From positions 716,224 through 780,223 of the forward strand of contig OZ025662.1 of NCBI GenBank assembly GCA_964019335.1: a DNA stretch of 64,000 bases, written 5' to 3'. Each line of letters begins with the position of its first letter. Within the stretch, counting starts at the first letter, position 1. Below are positions 36,155-48,619 of the stretch, piece after piece. The notes under the pieces are model-generated. The model was given only the letters and a program-made list of their open reading frames with translations. It was not told the DNA's origin and did not search any database. Origin of the DNA: Diplonema japonicum (Eukaryota > Protista > Euglenozoa: Diplonemea). Position numbers and translations under genes: made by a program.

Positions 36155-37246
36155 ATGCTTAGCATAATGATGGAAGGCGAAGAGGGTGAGAAGGACAACG
36201 CCTCTTTTCTCAAGCGCATGGAGATGCCCGTGTCGATTGCGTGCTACACGACGTGTTCTGTTTCGATGATCTTGCTGAATAAACTTATAATAGATAGTAA
36301 AGGCTTCCATTTCCCATTTGTGCTGGTGTTTTTCCAGAATCTGTCTGCTGTGGTAGTGGTTATCTCCCTGAAGTTGTTAGGTGTCATCGACTACCCCGGA
36401 CTGAAGGAAAAACTCATAAAAAGGTGGCTGCCCCTTGTGGTGCTGTTTGTCGGTATGCTGATGACGTCGCTGATGGCGCTGAAGACAATGAGCGTCCCCG
36501 TCCAGACGTTGATAAAGAGTTTGGCTATATTCGTGACAGCAGCGGGCGACAGCTTCTTGTTTGGAAGGGTTTTCAACAAATTGATGGTGTTTTCCTTTGT
36601 CTTGCTAATCATGGGGTCGCTTCTTGGCGCTACGACGGACAGATGGGTCACCATGGAAGGTCTTGTTTGGAGCTTCTCGAACGTAGCATGCACTAGTGGT
36701 TACCAGCTGTACATGAAAGGTGTGCTGAACGACTTGAAAGACACAATGGGGAAGTGGGGGCCTGTTTACTACAACAACTTGCTATCGTTGCCTCCGCTGT
36801 TGCTGCCTGTCATGTACGACTTCAACGGGTGGTTTGCGAAGCTCAAGACACTCGACGACTCGACGTCTATCACGTACATCACGCTGATGATCCTCATTTC
36901 GGCAGTGATGACCATGTCGTCATTCTGGTGCATGCGGGTCACAAACCCCACCACCTACGGCGTGATCGGTGGGATGAACAAAATCCCCCTTACGCTGCTA
37001 GGCATCTGGATCTTCGAGCAGTATCCCACCACCACCGGCGCTATTGGCATCGTGTCCGCCATCGCTGGCGGGCTCGTCTACACTCATGCTGTGCAGCTCA
37101 ACAGCGAGCCCGCAAATCTGCACTCCATATCCCTCAGTCCTCCGTCCGTGATCCGCAGCAGCACTTCTATCCGAAACACATCAAAGAAATTGATGATGAA
37201 CTTCTCCCTCACCGACAAAGACGCCCCTGCCAAAGCCTCTGTTTAG
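36155..37246 (+). CDS. Golgi GDP-mannose transporter (VRG4/LPG2/GONST family)
   Basis: SVSMILLNK, YYNNLLSLP and TTYGVIGGMNKIP (GxxNK motif); about 10 TM segments. Confidence 0.88.
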   Translation: MLSIMMEGEEGEKDNASFLKRMEMPVSIACYTTCSVSMILLNKLIIDSKGFHFPFVLVFFQNLSAVVVVISLKLLGVIDYPGLKEKLIKRWLPLVVLFVGMLMTSLMALKTMSVPVQTLIKSLAIFVTAAGDSFLFGRVFNKLMVFSFVLLIMGSLLGATTDRWVTMEGLVWSFSNVACTSGYQLYMKGVLNDLKDTMGKWGPVYYNNLLSLPPLLLPVMYDFNGWFAKLKTLDDSTSITYITLMILISAVMTMSSFWCMRVTNPTTYGVIGGMNKIPLTLLGIWIFEQYPTTTGAIGIVSAIAGGLVYTHAVQLNSEPANLHSISLSPPSVIRSSTSIRNTSKKLMMNFSLTDKDAPAKASV

Positions 37247-37577
37247 ATCCCGCTTGCTCCTGCATCATCCCTAACCGTTTTTGTTTTTTTGAAAGGAAAT
37301 GAAAGGAAAAAAAAAAAAAAGAATTTTAGTGTTCCAGCTCCGAGACCCCTTTCCTTTTTCCGGGTCTCGAGCGGCAATCCCCTTCGGGGCATCATAGATA
37401 CGTATCCACAGCACGTGTTTATGTTTAGAGGTCAAAAGAAAGGAAGGTAGTTCAAAAGAAAGACTTCTTTAACTAGCTATATACCAACTGTGTAGTCCTG
37501 CGTGTTGTTAAATCAGTATTTTCTTTCCCATCTGTTTGGTGTCAGTTGCCCCTTTTTGTACACATTACAGATACAAG

Positions 37578-39788
37578 ATGCCAACCGTACGCCAGGGGGG
37601 CGACCTGCCCGTGTGCTCAGGGAGGGGGATTAACAAAGCGCCACCGTTATACATATGGGTGGTGTGTTCTGAGATGCCTGAGGCAGCAGGCAGGTTTGTT
37701 CTACAGCAGGAAACAAGGAACAGCATGCCTACATGGAAGGGGGGGATCAGGTATCTGTACTGCAACAACGGCGGTGGCTGGATGCTTGCAAGCGACTACG
37801 AACACATGGACACAAATAGAGGGTGGCTCTCCAGCGCCTACCCGCACAGCAACATGTACCCGGACGAGCACGTTGCATGGGAAGCAGCAGACGGTCAGGG
37901 GGGCTGGCACCCTCTTGACTCGGTGAAAATAACTTCAATGCCGCCTCAGGCACCCACAGCTGTCGCTATCAACTCTTCTATCCACCCTGAAGTTACGGGT
38001 GTGTATTACTTGCTCCCGGAGGTCTACCACAACGGTTTCGTTGTATGGGGCTGTAACGAAAAGAGATTGTACTCAGGGGAAGGTGGCTGGTGGCTTGTGG
38101 ACCCCGACAAAATGCACGTGGAGCTAGATAGAGGCCTCCTTGCCTCTGCCACGAAGCACGGCGGCCTGATGCCTACCGAGATGAAGGACTGGGAGGCTGC
38201 TGACGGAACAGGCGGCTGGACACATGACGACCATTGCCGCGTTGTGCAGACGGTATCGACACCCACCCCTCCGTCATCTGTCGATACCCCTGGGTCCATG
38301 TCCCACGTAAGCTCGGTGTTAGTACCCATTAGCATGCAGCACACACCTACGCCAGGGTCCCACTTCACAGAAAGCATCGCTGAGATAGAGGCGAAGGCGC
38401 TCTCAGAGAAAACTGCATCGTTGGCAGAAGAGGTAGGCATGCTGAGGTACATGATGCAGACTAAGGAAATGCGCATTGTATCGTTACAGGAGGATTTGCA
38501 TGAAGCAGGGAGCTCATTCGAGGAGAAAGAGCAGAGACTACTCGAGGAGGTGAAGGTAGTGAGGGATCAGCTGTCCGATACCAAGGCACACAAGGATTTG
38601 CTCCAGACACAAGTCGACAATTCCGAGCTCCAGCAAGGCCGACTCCGATGCGAGATTCTTGACTTCAAGACAAAGGTGAAGGGTTTGGAAGAGTCCAACA
38701 AGAAGTACGAAGCGGCATTGCAGCAGGCTTCGGAGAAGCTCACGGAACAGACGGACGAAGCAGAGGCAAAGGTTTCATCTTTGCAGGAAGCATTGCAACA
38801 AGTGACCAGCGAACAGCAACAGACCTCTGCTGAAGTGAAAGACCTGTCTGGCACTGTCAGCGAGCTGAATGCTAACCTCGCAATTAAACAACAGAATGTT
38901 GACGAACAAAGCGAACTTATCAAGGCATTAAAAAAGCAGGTGGATGAGCAGGCACAGGAGCTACTGGCTGCCAAGGAAGAGATCGCAGCCACAAAAGATG
39001 CAGCAAAGAAGGACATTGAAACAGCCAAGGAGGCATTCAAGGAAGGCACGGAAGCTGCGAAGGAGGTTGCAAGAAACGAAATCGAGGCTGCGAAGGAAGC
39101 TGCGCAGGAACAGGTACACGTTGCAGAACAGAAGGCTGAGACAGCTACTGCGCAAGAACAGACAATGGCGTCGACCGTTGCAGAGCTGGAGGAAGAGTGC
39201 AACAGCATGAAAGGGGTGATCACTGCTAAGACGGTCGAGTGCACTGCCCTGGAACATAGGGTGTCAGAAACGGAGAGGGACCTTCGGGATTCACACAGCC
39301 TGGTGTGTGCTTTGAAATATGAAACGAGGGCAAGCTATAAACTGGTGCATAAGCAGCGGGGGGCCCTGGCCACCTTCAGAAGGAAAACCGCTGACTTGGT
39401 CTCGAAGAACAGCGCACTGCACGGCAATCTGGAGTCGATGACAAGCAAGCACTGCGCACTGGATGAGCTATCAGCAGAGTTAGAAGCGTGCTTGACGACG
39501 TTGAAGGGTGAAAAGCAGGAGCTCACCAACGAGAACCAGCTGCTTGCCAACGACAATGAAGGGCTCAAAGAGAGGATTAGGCAAATGGGCGATTTGTCAG
39601 AAAGAGAACAGGAGAATCACAAGCAGCACCTCGATGCAGCGAGGCGCGCCGCTGAAGCCACTGTCCAAGCAGCAGCCGACTCCCTTCTATGCCTCATCGG
39701 TGAAGCACCACGTGGAGACTCCATGTCGCCAGTTAGAAACCCTGTGTTGCAGAGGGCCAAGGACTCACTAGCAGGCTGGGCCCCTTAG
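37578..39788 (+). CDS. Protein with two Trp/Gly-rich N-terminal repeat domains and a long coiled coil
   Basis: Duplicated module LY...GGWML/WWL...RG.L...H...P....WEAADG.GGW; heptad-rich C-terminal half. Confidence 0.8.
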   Translation: MPTVRQGGDLPVCSGRGINKAPPLYIWVVCSEMPEAAGRFVLQQETRNSMPTWKGGIRYLYCNNGGGWMLASDYEHMDTNRGWLSSAYPHSNMYPDEHVAWEAADGQGGWHPLDSVKITSMPPQAPTAVAINSSIHPEVTGVYYLLPEVYHNGFVVWGCNEKRLYSGEGGWWLVDPDKMHVELDRGLLASATKHGGLMPTEMKDWEAADGTGGWTHDDHCRVVQTVSTPTPPSSVDTPGSMSHVSSVLVPISMQHTPTPGSHFTESIAEIEAKALSEKTASLAEEVGMLRYMMQTKEMRIVSLQEDLHEAGSSFEEKEQRLLEEVKVVRDQLSDTKAHKDLLQTQVDNSELQQGRLRCEILDFKTKVKGLEESNKKYEAALQQASEKLTEQTDEAEAKVSSLQEALQQVTSEQQQTSAEVKDLSGTVSELNANLAIKQQNVDEQSELIKALKKQVDEQAQELLAAKEEIAATKDAAKKDIETAKEAFKEGTEAAKEVARNEIEAAKEAAQEQVHVAEQKAETATAQEQTMASTVAELEEECNSMKGVITAKTVECTALEHRVSETERDLRDSHSLVCALKYETRASYKLVHKQRGALATFRRKTADLVSKNSALHGNLESMTSKHCALDELSAELEACLTTLKGEKQELTNENQLLANDNEGLKERIRQMGDLSEREQENHKQHLDAARRAAEATVQAAADSLLCLIGEAPRGDSMSPVRNPVLQRAKDSLAGWAP

Positions 39789-39893
39789 TATCGCTGTACT
39801 TTAGATATAATGATAGATTGTTTGTTTATGTTACAGAATGATTTTTGTCATGTATTTTATCCCTTTTCTATCTCTTATACAGAATGACTATAC

Positions 39894-41660
39894 ATGACGA
39901 AGTACATAGAAGCAGCGGCAGCATGTGACTTCAACATTGTAAAGAGCAGCCCTGTAGAGGTGAATGTTCACAAGTATGTTTCCTGCACTATTCCCGACAT
40001 TTTAACAGTATTAGCGAAGCGGTGGCCAAAAGAGATATGAAGAAGAGTATGCAGGACAATGGCACGCGGATGTCACGGAGCTCATTCTGCAGTACAACAT
40101 TTCCTACTATTACCCCCGAGCCAGTCACAGAAACAAGTACCAGCGAGCAGCTGATGAAGCTGAAGGACGACATGGCGGAGGCTATGCAGGTAATGAAAGA
40201 TATCGCTAGCAACGATCTTTTAATGGCGTTGCTGTCGTTCCCCTCGCGGCAAAGGGTGCACAAGCTGACAGCCTCCGTACACCCTACACCCGAAGATGAT
40301 ATGCTGGCACTCCGAGAAAACTCTGTCCCTTCACAGCGCACCATTCTGCACTGTGGTGAACGGAGGTTCACTTTCTGCACAGATCTGCCGAACAAGGGAG
40401 CGCTGCAATGGCAGAATATGAAACAGAGACTCGCAGAAGTGAAACTGCAGACCTTGCTACAGACATTCTCAAGTGAATCAGAACACCCGGCCTACAAGGT
40501 TGTGCTGACAGGTGGCCCTTGTGCCGGTAAGAGCTCCGGTATGGTAAAGCTGCGCGGCTTGTTGGAGCAGAATGACTTCAACGTGTTTTGTGTGCCGGAG
40601 GCTGCCACGATACTGATTGATGGTGGCGGTGTAGCATGCTTTACGGCTGATAACGATGACGCTCTGTTTAGGTTCCAGTTAGCATTGTTGGAAACGCAAC
40701 TTGCACTCGAAGACGCATTCCAAGCATTGGCAAAGGTGTGCAACAAGAAAGCTGTCCTCCTGTGCGACAGAGGCAGCATGGACGGGAGAGCTTTTTGCAC
40801 TGAAGCAATTTGGAACAGGATCCTCAAGGAAGGTGAGTGGTCCACATCTGAGCTTAGGGACAGCAGGTACGACCTCGTGCTCCACTTGGTCACTGCAGCT
40901 CAGGGAGCTGAGGAATTCTATGCATGTGACAACAACACGGCAAGGACAGAGTCGCCGGAACAGGCGAGGGAGCAAGACGCAAAACTGCTGGCGATGTGGA
41001 CAGGGTTCCCTATGCTGCGTGTTATTGATAACTCCACCTCGTTCAATGATAAGTTGAAGAGGTGTGTGCAACCCATTCTAGATCTCGTGGGGATTGGGAA
41101 TAAGTCGGGCGCTCACAGAAGGTATAGCATTGCTGATCCGCCGAGTGCTGCAAGCATACCCCTCCCGACCACACAGAGCGAGTCCACAATTCACGTGTTG
41201 AGCGGGTCGAAGCCCAACAACACCATAAGCATCGTGCACAGACGGGACGGCAAGGCGTCTACTTATACGTATCGAACCGTGAGGAAGAAAAAGGATGAGA
41301 TCTTCAAGGTGGAAAGACCATTGTCCCACAAGGCCTACCAGTCGCTGTTGGACCAGGTGGACCACAAGGTGCCGTGTGTTAAGAAGAACAACATCACATT
41401 CATCTACGAGTGCCAGTACTTTGAGTTAGGTGTCGTCACCGAGCCGGCATACCGGTCTGGCCAAGCCTTCCTCTCTGTGGAGACAACACGTGACCACAGA
41501 GGCAGGGAAAAAAGCGTCATCATGCCCCCCTTCCTCGAGGTTTGCGGGCTGGAGGATGTTACTCTGAAGTCGGTATGTCTTGTGAACAATTAACCCGCGA
41601 CAGGAGGGACCAGAGCTCTTTAAGGTCTTGGATGACCTGCTTGGTACAAATGAAAAGTAA
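39894..41660 (+). CDS. NadR/Ttd14-like P-loop kinase (AAA_28) with a C-terminal CYTH-like region
   Basis: KVVLTGGPCAGKSS, VPEAAT, CDRGSMDG, RDSRYDLVLHLVTAAQGAEEFY; introns 39974-40008 and about 41573-41603; stop TAA 41658-41660. Confidence 0.85.
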
Positions 41661-41789
41661 TATGTTTGTACAATAGATTCGTACATACCATCCCCACTTC
41701 TGTGGGGGAGTAGTTATATCAATTATTCTTCCCTTAGCAAATACTTCATGAACCCCATTCTTATCCAGGAGGGTCGAGGCCCGAGAAAC

Positions 41790-43370
41790 ATGGGAAACCC
41801 ATCAAGTAAGGTCACAAGGCATGAGAACCCTGAGGGCGTGCTACAGTTTCCTCCAGATGACTCTAGAAGCGGGATAAGCAAGGAGTGGGTGGCGCGGGAA
41901 CTGGCGCGCGGTGGGCATCCTGTGAAATTGACGGATGTCAAAGTGGAGCAGCTGAGCTCAGCGAACATAGATGGTGAAATGAGGAAGGATGGTGGTGGGA
42001 TCAGCGGCAGCAGGATTGTCAGGCTGCGGCTGCAGTACGAGGAGGGGAGCCCCAAACTACCTGATGATGCAGATACAATAGTGATGAAATGGACCAATTT
42101 CCGCAAGATCCCCCTCATGCCCATTAATCTCCGTGTTGCTCAGGTTGTCATCTTTAAGGTCAACCAAGCTGACTTGTTTAGAACAGAGCATTTCTTTCTT
42201 ACTCATGTAAAAGAGGTACACAGCTGGGGTGTCAAGACACCCACTACCTTCTCCACGGCAATTCAAGATGCATCGGAACCAGGTAGTTGTTGCAGGCTAG
42301 CATTTGACACAAGGTACACACATCACACAATCACATGCACCATACTACAGATCAAAGCTGATCACGTCGTGCATTATGCAGGACATCGGCAAGTACAAAA
42401 CACCCGCGTCTCCTTTCGACGAGGTTTCTCGAGAGAAGACGATCGGTGCTCTTCGCAACATTGCAAAGCTGCACAGAGCCACTTGGGGGAAGCAGTCGAA
42501 GTACACGGTATGGCGACGTCAAATAGAATGATTTCCAGAGTGACTTGCACAATATTTACGGACGAAACGGTTTCGCAACAAGCCACGTTGGCCTGTATGG
42601 TCTAAAGGGGAGCGGCGTGTATAAGAAGAAGCCGTCATTCAATAAGTCAGATGGTCCATCTGGGTTGCATAATATTTGGGGTGTTGGCAACAAGAGCCCT
42701 GGTGATGACAAGGGCTTGAATGCTATCAAAAGAGCGACCGAAAAGGTAGAACTCTTGAACGCTTTCAAAGATGTGCAGGCGCACTGGGGCCGAGTGCTGC
42801 CCAAGCTGGGGAATGTCGAGCCTCAATGCATGGTGCACGGGGACTTTCATCATTGGAACAACATGTATGGGGATGATGACAGTGACGTAATGGTGATCGA
42901 CTGGCAGTACTTCGGTGCAGGGCGTGTGGTGTACGAACTCATTTACTTTATGAATTGCGGTATCACACCCACTACGCTGGCCGATGATGAGAACTTGCTG
43001 AGGAACTACTATGATGCTCTTATGTCGCCTGACCTGCCTGGCGCACAACCCAATATCACCTTCGAGGAACTTTTATCTGACTTCAGGTGTGCCATTATCG
43101 ACGCTGCCGTCACCATGTGCATCTCGATGGGTACCCGCACCATGGGCGTCAGCTACACTCCGAAGGACTATAAGGGAATGGCGTCCGATCCTAAGCAGCG
43201 TGATTTCGTATGTCCCACCGCTTCCTAAAAGAAACTACAATCAATTCAAGGTCGTCGGCGGCATGCTGCTTGCTGAAAGGCTCTTTGCTCGATTTACGTG
43301 CGTTCACAAACATGTAGGATCCTTTGGAAGGGTATGCACCCCCTTTAAAAATTCGGTCTTTTTCGGATGA
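41790..43370 (+). CDS. APH/choline/ecdysteroid kinase-like phosphotransferase
   Basis: HGDFHHWNNM and VIDWQ motifs; MGxxxS N-terminus; three ORF pieces joined by short GT-AG introns near 42313-42350, 42508-42538 and 43208-43250. Confidence 0.82.
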
Positions 43371-43740
43371 TTTAATATTTAGTTCGTCAAGACCAATTAA
43401 CTTTCTCTTTGAGGCACTCGACCGCTCACCACTCGTGCAGAAGAACGCGGTAGTTTCACGGGGCTACCTTCCCATTGGCAACGATCCTTAATATACACCA
43501 CAGGCACTGAAAGATGAGGCCATGGTTCATGCAAGGCAAGAAAGCCCGCTGCTGCCACAGCAGACGTACGGTGCATGCGGTTCGCAGTCTGCTGACCAGT
43601 CGGCAGAGTTGCCCTAACTATCTAGAAAATCGCCAGTATTTCTTAGACTTAGCAAGGCATGATACCGCATTTAGGCGTGTGGATGGTTCTTTTTTTTCTC
43701 GTTGTTATTATTATCTGAAGGTCCTCACGATAAACAGGAA

Positions 43741-44841
43741 ATGGGGAAAAAAGTCGCGAAAGCCCACAAAGGCAATGAACCGGTGCAAGGGCGAGGCTCA
43801 CGTGTCATGTACGGCATGGTGGTGCTGGCGAGTATAGGCGTGGCAGGGTTGGGCATGTACCTATCAAAGGAGAGTGTTATAACAAGAAACGAAATCAACG
43901 AGCACCCTTCTTCTGCGAAGAACGACGCGCCTGTGAATGAGGTCGTTGTGAGCGGTTATGTGCCGGAGTATAGACTGCACCACGTGAAGGAACATGTCGC
44001 CAGTTTTGGGAAGGTATTAGATGAGGTAATCCTGTTTAGTGTGCACCCTGGTGTAGACGGTAGTGTGAAGAGCGACCCGGGCATGCCCATTGCCGACTTG
44101 TCCTTTGCTAAGGTCGCTAAGCAGCACGGCATCAGCTCTGTGCTGCTCTCCGTAGGTGGCGGTGGCAGGTCCTCATACTTCCCAAATGTTGTAAAGAAGA
44201 AAGACAGGCGAGAGCGGCTCGTCAAGAGCCTCCTGAAATTATGTGAAGAGTACGAACTGGGTGGAATCGACATAGACTGGGAGGTTCCCTCGTCACCGGA
44301 GGAGAAAAAAGGTCTAGTTACACTGTTAAAGGAGCTTAAGGAAGCTCTCAACCTAGCGGGCCTAAGGTTGACTGTTGCGTTGCATTACTGGGACCAGCTG
44401 GGGAAGGACATCCACCAACACGTCGACAGGATCAATTTCATGGTATGCACAAAGTAAGGTAGACATTTGTACCAACAGACGTACGACTTCCAAGGTACCC
44501 CTGACGGGCACCACTCCTTCATAGGCACGGAGAAGACCATTAAAGCCATGATCAGCAGCGGTGTTCCTGCTTCCAAAATCGCAATGGGAGTACCTGTCTA
44601 TGGGAGATCTGCTTCTGATGTAAAGACGTACTCTGAGATCCGTGCTAGCAGTCCCTCGTTGAAAGATGAAAAAAACAAGTTCAAAGGCTTCAGCTTCAAC
44701 GGCCGGGCTTTGTGCAGAAAGAAAGCCAAGCTAGCCAAGGATCTGGGCTTAGGTGGTGTGTTTGTGTGGGAAGTTGGTCAGGACACCACCGACAAAGAGA
44801 CCTCCCTGCTGGGCGCCTTACACGACGGGCTTCGATCGTAG
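43741..44841 (+). CDS. GH18 chitinase-family glycoside hydrolase with N-terminal TM anchor
   Basis: LLSVGGG, GGIDIDWE (DxDxE), FM-TYD and GGVFVWEVGQD; intron 44443-44478. Confidence 0.9.
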
Positions 44842-45116
44842 TTAGTTTTCTGGGTTGTATGGTTATTTTGTTTGAATGCGCCACATACGTCTGTTGCCTT
44901 TTAGATTAACCTACTTTTGTCACTTTCTTGGGGAATTTCCTGCCAAAGACACAAAAGCCACCCTGAAGTGCCCTCATCTGCTTTTTAGCAGTTGGATATG
45001 ATTAGTTTGCTTTTGTATCTATCCTAAGGTTGTATGTTGCTTTTTTATCAAGCATTCAAAACAAGTGAAGAGTACCGGCCTTAAGGAGTTAAGAATAACT
45101 CACCAAAGGAAGCAAG

Positions 45117-46121
45117 ATGGCCGAGGTGCGACGCCTCGATGTAGAAGCCTCCCTGGCAGCGGCATCTGCTGCTTCTGCCGGCCAGTTGGAGGAGATGAGC
45201 AGGTGTTTAGAGGGTGCGTACGCCAAGATCGAAGCACTACAGCACCAGACACGAATACTAAATGAAGAAGCCAACGTACTGAGTGAGGAAAACGATAGAT
45301 TGACACAGCTGGTGAGTGAGAGGGACGAAACCGTACACGTGTTGCGGGAACAGGTCCAGGAATTGGGGAACACTGTTGTTCAGCTGGAGAACGAAAGACA
45401 GAACAACGATTTCTCAGCTCACGTATGTCACCCATTAGTAATGACTCCTTGCAGATGCTCTCGGTTGATCAGGCGATGCAGAACAGAACGTACCAGAGAT
45501 TAAAGAGAGGAATGCCTCAGAAGTCAGCATCTCCTGTGCAGCATGCAAAACAGAGAGAGCCGAGGGAGCCAACGTTGTCACCCGAGCCAGTACGGTTGGC
45601 GCAAACGAGGGCACACGTTCAAATGCAAGCACCCAGGCACGTCGATGATGGGCCTGAAGACGCGAACAAGCTACGCCAGCAACGTGAGAAGTTAGTTGTC
45701 CTCCAACAAGAGGGCATGGTATGTTTACATATCACATCACCTTCACAGCTTGGGCTGGATACAGCCATCACGACCATTGAAGCTAAGCTGGATGCATCCA
45801 TCGCTGAGACACGACACATCTCCCTGCAGTCTTCGGCGCAGCGGCCTTATTACCCACCCGTAGGGTAGGTATCGCGTTCTCTTTTCTTGAGCTTCTTGCA
45901 GCACCATCAGGAAAAAGAAATGCATGATCGAAGTTTTTAACCGATGGAAGGAGCACACGCGCGAGCAGAAGCTGCAGCGCCTTGCGAATTCGCATATCAA
46001 GCGGTACTGGGACAAGCTCTTCGTGTACTACAAGCAGCGTGTAACTTCGAGTATCTACCAAGGCTGCAGCACATCGCATCCTTTTGTATCTTCTTGTATT
46101 GAAACATATCTCGTTTTTTAA
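45117..46121 (+). CDS. Hypothetical coiled-coil protein
   Basis: ORFs 45117-45503, 45425-45868 and 45924-46121 are linked by short introns; for example 45865-45901 restores the frame. Confidence 0.65.
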
Positions 46122-46169
46122 GTTGTTCCCTCCTTTCTGCATGGCCAGCACGTGCAGCAATACAATAAA

Positions 46170-46826
46170 ATGAGCGAGTGTCCATATGTCAAAGAGAGCG
46201 GAAAGTGCCCGGTGCCCACGTGCCCGGTGTGCAAGGCAAACAAAGAGGTATGAGTTATACTGTGTGTAACTGTTAACACAGGAGGTGAGTGACAGGGCAA
46301 AGGAAAAGGCGGATAAAGCGAAGGAGGAGGGGAACCAGGCCTTCAAGGCAGAGGATTTCAAACTGGCCCTGCGCCACTACACTTTAGCTGTGAACCTCGT
46401 GCCAAACAGCCACGTGTTCAGATCCAATCGGTCCGCGGCGTACTGCGGTTTGGGGCAGTACAAAGAAGCGCTAGACGACGCACAGAAAACCATTGAGCTG
46501 AACCCTTCATGGGCAAAGGGCTACAGCAGAGCGGGGTTTGCATTCAGGGTATGCGAACGAGTGATCAATAAAGCATCGTTAGGGACTGAGATACTACCAC
46601 TTGTCTGCAGAGGCCTATTCCAAGGCTATCGAGATGGGCGAGGTATGTAGGTCATCGAATGCAATAAACACAGAACAATGAAAAGACCACGTCATCTTTA
46701 GCAGAGGTGCAAAAGTTGGCAAAAGATTCTGGATACACCAGGAGCGACGAGGCAAAGAACCTTGCAGCGGAGCAGGATGCGGAGAAACAGGCAGCCATGG
46801 CTGAGATGGGTTGCTGTGTGATGTAG
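46170..46826 (+). CDS. STI1-like TPR protein with N-terminal Cys cluster and C-terminal CaaX (CCVM)
   Basis: KEEGNQAFK, SNRSAAY and WAKGYSRAG; introns 46248-46281, 46549-46582, 46643-46673; ends MGCCVM*. Confidence 0.85.
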
Positions 46827-48619
46827 AAGTAGAGTAGACAGTGTTTTTGATGATAAGACTGGTTACACTTTCAGGCATCATAGGAACATGCACACACAAC
46901 ATGTTCGGCAATGCTAGTGATGGTGGCACTGGGTGTCTCTTCAGCTACGATGGTGACGTGAAGCCTGACATTGTGGAGAAGCTGTACGATCTTGCGCAGC
47001 TGCGGGCAGCCGGGCTGCTGTCGGAGAGTGAGTTTCAAGCCGCAAAAAAGAAGATCTTAGACAGAACGCGAAGAGCGTCTTCGAAATCAGATAAGCAGCA
47101 CATGAGGATGTCACCTGAGGCACCGATGCCGGCTTTACGAGAAGGAGATGTACAAGAATTATCCCCAGCCACTCATACGAGGGAGCCCGCTCCTGTCACT
47201 ATTCATGATCTTCAGACCTACCAACGAGCTGAGTCAGAAGTCGTGCAACGGGAACCATCGGCAGAGCAAGAAACTGCTCTGTTCCTGCAAAAGATGCATC
47301 GGCCCCCACCCTCGCCTCCGTTGCTAATGGTTTCTGCACCTCCGAAAGAAGCGCAATTCAAAGCAGCGACGAACGGCGTTGTCTCCTTTCCAAGTGACAC
47401 GTCGGTCCCTACATCGTCCAAGATATGCGTCCCGACGCCTGTGGCCATGCCCTACCCAGCCCCTCGTGTTCTCACGCTGCAGGAGTTCAAGCGTAAAGAG
47501 CAGCAGGACAGGCGTGGCAGCCTTGAGGAACAGCAAGAGTTTAAAGGACGACGCACAGAAAACCATTGAGCTGAACCCTTCATGGGCAAAGGGCTACAGC
47601 AGAGCGGGGTTTGCATTCAGGGTATGCGAACGAGTGATCAATAAAGCATCGTTAGGGACTGAGATACTACCACTTGTCTGCAGAGGCCTATTCCAAGGCT
47701 ATCGAGATGGGCGAGGTATGTAGGTCATCGAATGCAATAAACACAGAACAATGAAAAGACCACGTCATCTTTAGCAGAGGTGCAAAAGTTGGCAAAAGAT
47801 TCTGGATACACCAGGAGCGACGAGGCAAAGAACCTTGCAGCGGAGCAGGATGCGGAGAAACAGGCAGCCATGGCTGAGATGGGTTGCTGTGTGATGTAGA
47901 AGTAGAGTAGACAGTGTTTTTGATGATAAGACTGGTTACACTTTCAGGCATCATAGGAACATGCACACACAACATGTTCGGCAATGCTAGTGATGGTGGC
48001 ACTGGGTGTCTCTTCAGCTACGATGGTGACGTGAAGCCTGACATTGTGGAGAAGCTGTACGATCTTGCGCAGCTGCGGGCAGCCGGGCTGCTGTCGGAGA
48101 GTGAGTTTCAAGCCGCAAAAAAGAAGATCTTAGACAGAACGCGAAGAGCGTCTTCGAAATCAGATAAGCAGCACATGAGGATGTCACCTGAGGCACCGAT
48201 GCCGGCTTTACGAGAAGGAGATGTACAAGAATTATCCCCAGCCACTCATACGAGGGAGCCCGCTCCTGTCACTATTCATGATCTTCAGACCTACCAACGA
48301 GCTGAGTCAGAAGTCGTGCAACGGGAACCATCGGCAGAGCAAGAAACTGCTCTGTTCCTGCAAAAGATGCATCGGCCCCCACCCTCGCCTCCGTTGCTAA
48401 TGGTTTCTGCACCTCCGAAAGAAGCGCAATTCAAAGCAGCGACGAACGGCGTTGTCTCCTTTCCAAGTGACACGTCGGTCCCTACATCGTCCAAGATATG
48501 CGTCCCGACGCCTGTGGCCATGCCCTACCCAGCCCCTCGTGTTCTCACGCTGCAGGAGTTCAAGCGTAAAGAGCAGCAGGACAGGCGTGGCAGCCTTGAG
48601 GAACAGCAAGAGTTTAAAG
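46474..48619 (+). repeat. 1073-bp direct tandem duplication (46474-47546 / 47547-48619)
   Basis: Identical ORF translations at an offset of 1073 bp; GAC microhomology at the junction. Confidence 0.95.
46901..47569 (+). pseudogene. 3'-truncated duplicate of the SHOCT-domain gene
   Basis: Identical to the 47974 copy up to the duplication junction, then terminates after a few residues. Confidence 0.7.
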
